IMG/VR virus record: IMGVR_UViG_3300005393_000388
Source of the DNA: a virus
Length of the DNA: 64,000 nt
Direction: 5' to 3' (one strand)
The notes below the pieces were generated by a model. It was not told the DNA's origin and searched no databases. It saw only the letters and a program-made list of their open reading frames with translations. Positions 57,263-64,000 of this stretch are shown piece after piece. A program made the position numbers and the translations under genes. The first letter of the stretch is position 1. Every line of letters begins with the position of its first letter.

Positions 57263-57278
57263 GAGGGTAAAAGAGTAG
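57237..57278 (+). pseudogene. rlmD: Orphan 3' end of rlmD/rumA (23S rRNA m5U methyltransferase)
   Basis: Encodes HVETCVLMSRVKE*, the conserved RlmD/TrmA C-terminus, with no upstream gene body. Confidence 0.75.
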
Positions 57279-57404
57279 GGGCGTGAAAAAGCCTTGATAT
57301 AAGGGATTTTCGAGGTTTGAACGTAAAAATCAGATGTGCTAAAATCGTGAAAATATCGCTTCGTGGGAATAAGTCCAAAGGCATGATTTTGAACGTGACA
57401 GAGC

Positions 57405-57514
57405 GATTTAGATGTCGGTGCTTGGCGTGTGGTCAGGATAGATGTCAGGGCTTCGCGTGTGGTCGATTTAGATGTTTTTCGGAAAAGTTAAGGTTGTGTG
57501 GTCGGGTTAGATGT
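57405..57514 (+). repeat. Tandem ~30-bp repeats with core GTGTGGTC-N4-TAGATGT
   Basis: GTGTGGTC at 57427, 57457 and 57496; TAGATGT at 57409, 57439, 57469 and 57508. Confidence 0.75.
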
Positions 57515-57578
57515 AGGTGGCAATTCGCGAAATTTACATGGTATCTTGTGGGGTATTATTAATAGGGGTGGTTAGAAC

Positions 57579-58577
57579 ATGGATGAATCGATTAACATTT
57601 CATCAAATGATATTGAGATTATGGATTGCACCGATTTTTATGATGAGGTTCCTGTACAATACTTTGTTCTGCCTGAAGTGGCAAGACCTTTAATAAAAAG
57701 CGCAAAGCAAACATTTACAAAAATCAAGGAAATGCTTTATTCAACTCCTGCCTTTATAAATGCTGTTAAGGCCAGTATTCCACAAGAAACTTTTCAGGCA
57801 ATTTTGACTGATGATCAGAAATCTCAAATTGCCAGCGGTGCTCTTAAATTGATGACTAAGCAAGACGGCTCTTTAATGGCTAATCTTGTTAACCCAAAAA
57901 CCAGTAAAATTGTTTCTACGATTTCTCTCAAAAATGTAAAGATATCTCCAGAACTTTCTCAGGCGATGACAAGTTATGCCACACAAATGCAAATGGCTCA
58001 AATAGCAGAACAAATTCAACATGTGCAAATCGCTGTGGAAGAAGTGCGCCAAGGACAAGAGTGTGATAGATTAGCTACAGCGTATAGTTGTCAGCAAAAA
58101 CTATTACAGGCGATGGCAATAAAAAATCCAGAGCTTAAAGCTATGGCACTCCTAAGAATTGCATCAGATGCCGAGGATAGTAGAAATCTATTGATGCAAA
58201 GTCAAAGTGCAAATATCTCCTTTATAAAGGATCAGCCCGAATCGTTCTGGGGGAAATTTATCTCCGGTGCTACACCTGAAAAAGTTAATTCAAGGATGAA
58301 CGAAATTCGTGAAAGTTTATGTGCTGTAAATATGGTGTCACTAGTAGAAGCAATGGCCTATCAGGAAATGGGAGAGCCGGAAGCCTCACACCAAAGTCTT
58401 CAGTATTATGCGGATTATATTCAAAAAACTTATTTGGAGCCAAAGGGTTTTTTAGAACGATTGGACTTAATTGACCCGTCTCCAGAGAATTATTGGTCCA
58501 GGACATTACCTGATATTGAAAGAAGAATTCAAGAATTACCTTACCATGAAGAACAAGCGCTTTTAGGGGGTGAATAA
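57579..58577 (+). CDS. Hypothetical protein (332 aa, coiled-coil centre)
   Basis: GGGGTGG RBS; long AT-rich ORF; no motif recognised. Confidence 0.8.
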   Translation: MDESINISSNDIEIMDCTDFYDEVPVQYFVLPEVARPLIKSAKQTFTKIKEMLYSTPAFINAVKASIPQETFQAILTDDQKSQIASGALKLMTKQDGSLMANLVNPKTSKIVSTISLKNVKISPELSQAMTSYATQMQMAQIAEQIQHVQIAVEEVRQGQECDRLATAYSCQQKLLQAMAIKNPELKAMALLRIASDAEDSRNLLMQSQSANISFIKDQPESFWGKFISGATPEKVNSRMNEIRESLCAVNMVSLVEAMAYQEMGEPEASHQSLQYYADYIQKTYLEPKGFLERLDLIDPSPENYWSRTLPDIERRIQELPYHEEQALLGGE

Positions 58578-58779
58578 AGTGGAAAGCAACAAGTGTAAAA
58601 ATAAAAAGTGTCAAAGACCCCTTCCGGATGGGTATAAGCATAAGTACTGCGAAAGCTGTCGCAATCGGCAAGTAAAACATTTCAAGGATGCTGGAAAAAC
58701 AGTTCTAAGCTGTGCCGCTGTTGTCGGAAGCATTGCAGTAGCCGTTGTAACCAAGGGGAAAATAAATCCCAAAAAATAA
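58570..58779 (+). CDS. Small Zn-finger protein with C-terminal hydrophobic helix
   Basis: CKNKKC...YCESC, then SCAAVVGSIAVAVV and a basic tail; overlaps the upstream stop. Confidence 0.7.
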   Translation: MNKVESNKCKNKKCQRPLPDGYKHKYCESCRNRQVKHFKDAGKTVLSCAAVVGSIAVAVVTKGKINPKK

Positions 58780-58835
58780 TAAAGAGCAAGCCACTTCACG
58801 GCATGAATTGCCATGAGAGTGACTTGTTCTTTATT
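58778..58835. terminator. Long bidirectional terminator hairpin at the GC transition
   Basis: AATAAAGAGCAAG.CACT...AGTG.CTTGTTCTTTATT. Confidence 0.65.
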
Positions 58836-60399
58836 CCCTTACATCCACCGTCACGCAGGACTTGAATTCCACGGTGAATTTATCCTCGTAGACGGTGACC
58901 TTTTCAATCAGCCTGCGGATGAGGGATTCGTCGTAAGAATCCAGCGCGGCGGGCTGTTCCCGCAGGAATTCGTCCATGTCGGCGATGCGCTTTTTCAGTT
59001 CGTCCCGCCCGGCGCTTTCCAGCTGAAGCTTCTGCTTTTCTTCCCGCAGGCGGTAAATCTCGTCGGCCACGTCGTCGTAGTCGGCCCGGGCGGCGGTCCG
59101 CTTCAAAAGCTCCTCCTGCAGTTCTGCCAGCCTTTTATCGATGTCGGCAAGGGGTTTATCTTTTTCGTCCCGTAGAACGGCTTCGATGTTCTGCCGCAGG
59201 GTGGCGAGAAAATCGTTCTTCTGGCACAGCGTTTGGTTGATGGCGGAAAGCAGCACCTGCTCAATTTGACTTTCCGGCACGGTGCGGGCGTCGCAGAACA
59301 GCCCGGTGTTCTCCAGCCGGCTGATGCACCGCCAGACGATGGATTTTTTGCCACGATTGTACCAGTGAATCCGGCGGTAGAATTCCCCGCAGGTGCCGCA
59401 GTACACGATGTTCGCCAGGCAGTGGCTACTGCTGAATACCCGGTTCTTTCCGTTCGGGCTGGTGTGCACGATGCGGCGGCGGACCAATTCCTCCTGCACT
59501 TGCATGAAGATTTCTCGCGGGATAATGGCTTCGTGGCTGTTCTCCACGTAATACTGGGGAACGATGCCGTTGTTCTTGACACGCTTTTTTGTGAGAAAAT
59601 CAACCGTGTAGGTCTTCTGCAGCAGGGCATCGCCAATGTATTTTTCATTCCGTAATATCTGGGTTATGTTACTGGTATGCCACCGTTTGTTTCCCGCGCC
59701 GTTCGGTATACCGTCGGCTTCCAAGCCACGGGCAATTTTCAGCATGCTGGCGCCCTCCAGGTACTCCCGGTAGATGCGCTTGACAATTTCGGCTTCCTCC
59801 GGTACAACCACCAGATGCTTATTCTCATCCTTGGCATAACCGAGGAACCGTGCGCAGTTGACCTGGATTTCACCCTGCTGATAGCGGTACTGCAGGCCCA
59901 GCTTCACATTCTGGCTCAGGGACTGGCTCTCCTGCTGGGCGAGGGACGCCATAATCGTCAGCAGAACCTCGCCCTTGGAATCCATCGTGTTGATGTTTTC
60001 CTTCTCAAAATAGACGGGAATGTTTTTCTCTTTCAGCTGTCGGATGTATTTCAGGCAGTCCAGCGTGTTGCGGGCAAACCGGCTGATGGATTTGGTTATC
60101 ACCATATCAATGTTGCCTGCCATACACTCGTCAATCATGCGGTTGAATTCCTCGCGCTTCTTGGTGTTGGTGCCGGAAATGCCGTCGTCGGCAAATATGC
60201 CGGCCAGCACCCAGTCGGGGTGGCCGTTGATGTAGGCCGTGTAATGCTCAATCTGCGTTTCATAGCTGGTGGCCTGCTCGTCGCTGTCTGTGGAAACCCG
60301 GCAGTAGGCAGCCACACGAAGCTTCGGTTTCTCCTCACTGTCGCTCCCCCGGGCGTGCTTTCGCGCCGGAATCACCGTCATCCGTTTATTCGCTTCCAT
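58831..60399 (-). CDS. Large serine recombinase 2 of element 2
   Basis: [18 protein letters not shown]; clear homologue of 47211-48785; GGAGG RBS before MEANKR. Confidence 0.93.
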   Translation of the reverse strand: MEANKRMTVIPARKHARGSDSEEKPKLRVAAYCRVSTDSDEQATSYETQIEHYTAYINGHPDWVLAGIFADDGISGTNTKKREEFNRMIDECMAGNIDMVITKSISRFARNTLDCLKYIRQLKEKNIPVYFEKENINTMDSKGEVLLTIMASLAQQESQSLSQNVKLGLQYRYQQGEIQVNCARFLGYAKDENKHLVVVPEEAEIVKRIYREYLEGASMLKIARGLEADGIPNGAGNKRWHTSNITQILRNEKYIGDALLQKTYTVDFLTKKRVKNNGIVPQYYVENSHEAIIPREIFMQVQEELVRRRIVHTSPNGKNRVFSSSHCLANIVYCGTCGEFYRRIHWYNRGKKSIVWRCISRLENTGLFCDARTVPESQIEQVLLSAINQTLCQKNDFLATLRQNIEAVLRDEKDKPLADIDKRLAELQEELLKRTAARADYDDVADEIYRLREEKQKLQLESAGRDELKKRIADMDEFLREQPAALDSYDESLIRRLIEKVTVYEDKFTVEFKSCVTVDVRE

Positions 60400-60817
60400 C
60401 TTCCGGCACCTCCGTTTCAATCAGGCTGTAGGCGTATTCCGCCTGCGCAAACGGGTCGTCAAACTGCTCTGTTCCTTCCCGCATACGGAAGGCGGTGGGC
60501 ATGACGATCCCTTTTTCCTCTTTCGGCTCACGGATGCGGCCAAGTTTCTCCGCCCGGCGGAGCCGTTCTTCTGCCGCGGCCGCAAGAGTTTCTCTATCAA
60601 TAATTGCCGGGTAGTATTCGTCGCCGGCATAGCGGGCATTGGTGAGCATCCTGCCGATTTCCGAATGGAAGGTTTGGATGCCCGCCTTTTCGGCGGCGGT
60701 ATTCATCGAATCGCCGGCAAGGTAGGCTTCAAAGAGCGTGCGCACCTGCCCGGCGGTCTTTTCGTCAATAACGGCTTTTCCGTTTTCAATCCGGTAGCCG
60801 TACGGGATGTGGTCCAT
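60386..60817 (-). CDS. Small recombinase-domain-only protein of element 2
   Basis: [17 protein letters not shown]...YYPAIID; homologue of 46798-47214. Confidence 0.85.
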   Translation of the reverse strand: MDHIPYGYRIENGKAVIDEKTAGQVRTLFEAYLAGDSMNTAAEKAGIQTFHSEIGRMLTNARYAGDEYYPAIIDRETLAAAAEERLRRAEKLGRIREPKEEKGIVMPTAFRMREGTEQFDDPFAQAEYAYSLIETEVPEDGSE

Positions 60818-62383
60818 TCAAAACACCAGCCTTTCCTTGAGGATCAAGTTACATTTCAACTCAAACCCGATTTCCGTGCGGGAATACACATGAATCCGCT
60901 CCGTAAAGCGGGTGAACAGCTCACCGTCAAAGGCCGTCAGCATATCCGCCTTGGAAACGAAGTTTAAAAGCGCGCTGACCTCGCTTAAATTCCGGCTGTC
61001 ACTGCTTAGAAAACGCATCAGCGACACCTTCTGCTTCTGTATTCGCTCGGCTTCCTGCAGAAGCTCGTTGTTTCCCTTGTTGTAAACGGCAGGTTCCAGG
61101 TATCCCTTGGAGAGAAGTCCCACCAGCACCTTCCGTTGTTCGGCAATTTCCTCGAGCCTTTTCTCAAATTCTCCGATTTTCTTTATTCCCGCGTCGGAGT
61201 TCATCCCGCGCAGGCCGGACAGCAGGGGCTTCAGTACCGCTTGATGCCCGAAAATGAGCTTGTTCATCATCGTGACGAAGGCCGTTTCCAGTGAGGTTTC
61301 CGGGATATATTTCACCGGGCATTTGTCGGTGTCTGCCAAATGGGTCGTACAGCACCAGGCGATGCGGTGCTTCCCGCTGGCATGGACACGGCGCTTGAAT
61401 GTGCCGCCGCAATGCCCGCAGATGATTTTTCCGGAGAACTGGTAGCTGTTCCGGCTCTTGCCGGAGCTTTTGTCCGTGCCCTTTTCCCGGGCACGCTGAG
61501 CGATGGCCGCCTGCGCAGCGTCAAAGACCTCCCGAGTGACAATCGGCTCGTGGTTATTCTGGAAAAGATATTGCTCCCGTTCGCCGTTGTTGCGTCGGTG
61601 GTTGAAATTCTCGTCGGTATAGGTCTTTTGAAACAGGACGTCTCCAACGTACTTCTCATTGCGCGCCATGCCGAGAATGGCGGAACCTTTCCAAGGCCGG
61701 CCTTTTTTATTGGAAAGCCCCATGGCGTTCAGCGTGTCCGCAATCTTTTTGCTACCTTTGCCGGACAGAATTTCGGAAAAAACGTAGCGGACGACTTCGG
61801 CTTCCTCCCTATTGACCACAAGATTCCCATCCTCGGTATCGTAGCCGTAGGGCGGGCAGGATATTTTGTAGGTGCCGTTCTGGAAACGGCGCTTGACGGA
61901 CCACCGGTTGTTCGAAGCAATGGATTTTGATTCCTCCTCAGCCATACCGCTCAGGATGGTAAGCATGAGCTCGTCGTCCGTGTTGCCGGTATGGATGTTT
62001 TCCCGCTCGAAGTAGATGTAAATGCCGCAGGATTTGAGATTCCGCACAAGCTCCAGACAGTCCGTTGTGTTGCGGGCAAACCGGCTGATGGATTTGGTGA
62101 CGATGAGGTCGATGCTCCCGTTTTCGCAGTCGGAAATCAGGCGCATCAGTTCCGCGCGCTTTTCTTTTTTCGTGCCCGAGATGCCCTCGTCGTAATAGAT
62201 GCCCGCATATTCCCAGTCCGGGTTTTTGCGGATATAGCTTTCGTAATGCCGGATCTGCGTTTCCAGGCTTTCCAGCTGATCGTCGGTGCCAGTGGAAACC
62301 CGGCAGTAGGCCGCCACGCGGAGCTTCGGCTTTTCGGTCAGATCTGCCGTGCATTCCGGTGCAATGACCGTGACTTTTTTCAT
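60818..62383 (-). CDS. Large serine recombinase 1 of element 2
   Basis: [21 protein letters not shown] Zn ribbon; homologue of 45234-46793. Confidence 0.93.
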   Translation of the reverse strand: MKKVTVIAPECTADLTEKPKLRVAAYCRVSTGTDDQLESLETQIRHYESYIRKNPDWEYAGIYYDEGISGTKKEKRAELMRLISDCENGSIDLIVTKSISRFARNTTDCLELVRNLKSCGIYIYFERENIHTGNTDDELMLTILSGMAEEESKSIASNNRWSVKRRFQNGTYKISCPPYGYDTEDGNLVVNREEAEVVRYVFSEILSGKGSKKIADTLNAMGLSNKKGRPWKGSAILGMARNEKYVGDVLFQKTYTDENFNHRRNNGEREQYLFQNNHEPIVTREVFDAAQAAIAQRAREKGTDKSSGKSRNSYQFSGKIICGHCGGTFKRRVHASGKHRIAWCCTTHLADTDKCPVKYIPETSLETAFVTMMNKLIFGHQAVLKPLLSGLRGMNSDAGIKKIGEFEKRLEEIAEQRKVLVGLLSKGYLEPAVYNKGNNELLQEAERIQKQKVSLMRFLSSDSRNLSEVSALLNFVSKADMLTAFDGELFTRFTERIHVYSRTEIGFELKCNLILKERLVF

Positions 62384-62679
62384 TCTGTCACCTCCTCGTC
62401 AGCATGACATATTACCTCTGGACGAGTGTGATAGCAACGGCTGGAGGGCAGGATTCCGGCCCACATGGGTGAGAAAGTAATGCGGTTTAATTCGGTAATC
62501 TTGTAGAATTCCGACAAGGTAATGAGGCCGCGTTTCAGCATGGCTACGAGCATTTTTTGCGCCCGTTCGTAGTCCGCTTCCCGCTGAAGCTGTTCCTGTG
62601 GAATCCGTTTCTGTTTGCCGGCGCCGAGAGTACTGTCAGCCGGAAAAGGTTCGTTTTGAATATTTTGTTGTTGTTCCAT
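62380..62679 (-). CDS. SHOCT-like small protein of element 2
   Basis: MLKRGLIT.SEF.KI...N..TFSP; homologue of 44956-45171 with a C-terminal extension. Confidence 0.75.
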   Translation of the reverse strand: MEQQQNIQNEPFPADSTLGAGKQKRIPQEQLQREADYERAQKMLVAMLKRGLITLSEFYKITELNRITFSPMWAGILPSSRCYHTRPEVICHADEEVTE

Positions 62680-62718
62680 AAGCGGTTGCCTCCGTTCCGG
62701 GGCAACAATCGAAAAAGC

Positions 62719-62759
62719 CCCTCACCGTCCACAGGACAGCGAGGGGCCGTTTGGCAACC
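62719..62759 (-). promoter_or_regulatory. Element-2 variant of the bipartite promoter motif
   Basis: Reverse complement reads GGTTGCCA-N12-CTGTCCTGTGGAC-ggt-GAGGG, same position upstream of the SHOCT-like gene as copy 4. Confidence 0.6.
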
Positions 62760-62774
62760 GGTATGAATTTGAGG

Positions 62775-63701
62775 TCACTTCGCCGGAAGCTTCAACTTCT
62801 GCCCAGCACAGATGGTATCCGAGGAAAGACCGTTGAGCGCCTTGATTTCCTTGTATCGCGGGCCGCTTCCCAGCTTCTTTTTCGCGATGCCCCAGAGGGT
62901 GTCACCCTTGGTAACAGTGTAGGTTTCATAAACCGTCGATGCAGTTTCCGTTTTGTCCCCGGCCAGAATAGCATTCACTCTCGCCTGCACGGCGGCATAG
63001 TCGTACCCGGCGGCGGTCAAACGGCTTTTGCGATCCTCACCGTTGCCCCAGTCCCCGCGGATGACCTCCCGAGCCAGTTCATCCACCGTTTTGGATGCGG
63101 CGCCGGGAGTACTCGAACCGCCAATTTCCAGCAGGCGCCTGACCTCCGCGCGGAAGGTGTCCATATTTTTGCCGTGCTTCGGGAACCAGTGCATCACATC
63201 GCCGTGGTTGCTGGCAATGCCCAGGTCATGCCCTTCGCTGTGGCAGATGAGATACGGTCGTTCCGGCCGAATGCCGTACTGCCGGCAGAGATAGGCGCAT
63301 AGCTCGGCGGCCTCCTTGTATACGGCGTTGAAGTAAGCAGAATCGGTCAGCCCGTCCTCACAGATTTCAAAAGAAATGTGCGTGTCGTTACCGGAGCCTT
63401 TGGAGCCGCTTCCGCAGTGCCAGCCGCGCATGTTCCACGGCAAAGTCTGATACGTCGCTACCGTGCCGTCGGCGAGCCTGCCGATGAACGCGTGGACGCA
63501 GACCTGACGGCCGTCCGGCTTGTCCTGATTCCAGTGGTTGTTGTACTGGTTTTTTCCGAGCAGGCTGTCGTCCGGCCCAACATAGCGTTTCAGATTCGGG
63601 TTGTTCGCGCCGGTGGAGTGCACCATAATGCCCTTTGGCGTGATTGTGCGGCCCGCCTTGTAGCAGGCGTTGTTCGTCAGAATCAATTTGTGCAGGTTCA
63701 T
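62775..63701 (-). CDS. Endolysin: amidase + Cpl-7 + LysM
   Basis: Amidase domain very similar to 44110-44814; KTVDELAREVIRG.WGNG.DRK Cpl-7 repeat; YTVTKGDTLWGIA LysM. Confidence 0.92.
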   Translation of the reverse strand: MNLHKLILTNNACYKAGRTITPKGIMVHSTGANNPNLKRYVGPDDSLLGKNQYNNHWNQDKPDGRQVCVHAFIGRLADGTVATYQTLPWNMRGWHCGSGSKGSGNDTHISFEICEDGLTDSAYFNAVYKEAAELCAYLCRQYGIRPERPYLICHSEGHDLGIASNHGDVMHWFPKHGKNMDTFRAEVRRLLEIGGSSTPGAASKTVDELAREVIRGDWGNGEDRKSRLTAAGYDYAAVQARVNAILAGDKTETASTVYETYTVTKGDTLWGIAKKKLGSGPRYKEIKALNGLSSDTICAGQKLKLPAK

Positions 63702-63702
63702 G

Positions 63703-64000
63703 TCATTTATCCTCCTCGCCGTCGCGGCTGTGGAGCTGTTCCAGAACCGCCTTCAGTTTTTCGGGGATGGGAAGTCCCAGATGCCCTGCGTTCTCCAGAA
63801 TCGACACGCCCTCGTTGCTCAGGTAGAAAAAGACGACCGCCGTGCGGACTGCGCCGCCGTCTCCGAGCACCTGGCTGTCGATGATGTTGCCCACGCCTAC
63901 CAGCGCAAAGATGAGCACCTTGCGGAAGATGCCCTTGAAGCCAACCTCGCTGGAGAGTTTCCTATCGGCAACTGCGCACAGCACGCCGGTCAGGTAGTCC
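63703..64000 (-). CDS. Holin of element 2 (3' part)
   Basis: LSSEVGFKGIFRKV...RTAVVFFYLSNEGVSILENAGHLGLPIP. Confidence 0.9.
   Translation of the reverse strand, partial: DYLTGVLCAVADRKLSSEVGFKGIFRKVLIFALVGVGNIIDSQVLGDGGAVRTAVVFFYLSNEGVSILENAGHLGLPIPEKLKAVLEQLHSRDGEEDK

Larger units (their letters stand above)
57238..64000 (-). mobile_element. Prophage-like element 2 (recombinase trio, endolysin, holin; continues beyond the window); assignment of 57.3-58.8 kb to it is uncertain
   Basis: Same gene order as 42286-48785 but on the minus strand and visibly GC-richer from ~58.8 kb. Confidence 0.8.

Noticed and set aside
57405-57514. Possible CRISPR mini-array
   Set aside because: Repeats are short and degenerate, spacers only ~11-20 nt and partly similar, and there are no cas genes nearby; the DUF2800 Cas4-like gene is a standard phage replication gene.
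59677-60504. 275-aa plus-strand ORF and the other long ORFs overlapping element 2
   Set aside because: Antisense or alternate-frame shadows of GC-rich recombinase and endolysin genes; no RBS or motifs.
1-64000. tRNA, rRNA, IS elements, group II introns
   Set aside because: No cloverleaf, rRNA-like sequence, transposase or RT motifs recognised by eye; tRNAscan-SE and ISEScan would be needed to exclude them formally.

Overview
Two adjacent prophage-like elements of the Clostridia 'triple serine recombinase / rlmD(rumA)-targeting' type meet head-to-head at an att junction near 57.2 kb; no host core gene is visible. Element 1 (<1 to ~57.24 kb) has a partial sigma-like regulator gene (missed by the ORF track), then a single XRE-led defence operon (Lamassu/ABC-three-component plus type III-like R-M). 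These are followed by an oppositely oriented PolA/SSB/Cas4-like replication block, primase-helicase, a putative origin, SNF2, and HNH-terS-metK-methylase. Next come an amidoligase/GGCT module, complete HK97-like head and siphovirus tail genes (with a -1 frameshift tail chaperone), the lysis cassette and three recombinase genes. Two layers of metal-resistance cargo (TetR + P1B-ATPase; PadR + heterodimeric ABC + ChrA) are separated by a decayed recombinase 3' end. Element 2 (minus strand, visibly GC-richer) shows its recombinase trio, endolysin and part of its holin. The most striking non-coding signals are: (i) three out-of-frame, mutually divergent copies of the rlmD attB left arm (xD[M/L]F[P/S]xT-coding) stacked against a 50-bp att site; (ii) a bipartite promoter-like motif TTCGTTCA-N12-STGTCCTGGGA present 4 times, with an element-specific variant in element 2; (iii) a second conserved motif CTTGMTA-N12-AGAGTGAT shared by the amidoligase module and the integrases; (iv) a switch-like structured leader on the sigma-like gene; (v) a probable ATA start for the terminase. 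Family assignments come from motif recognition by eye; no searches were run.
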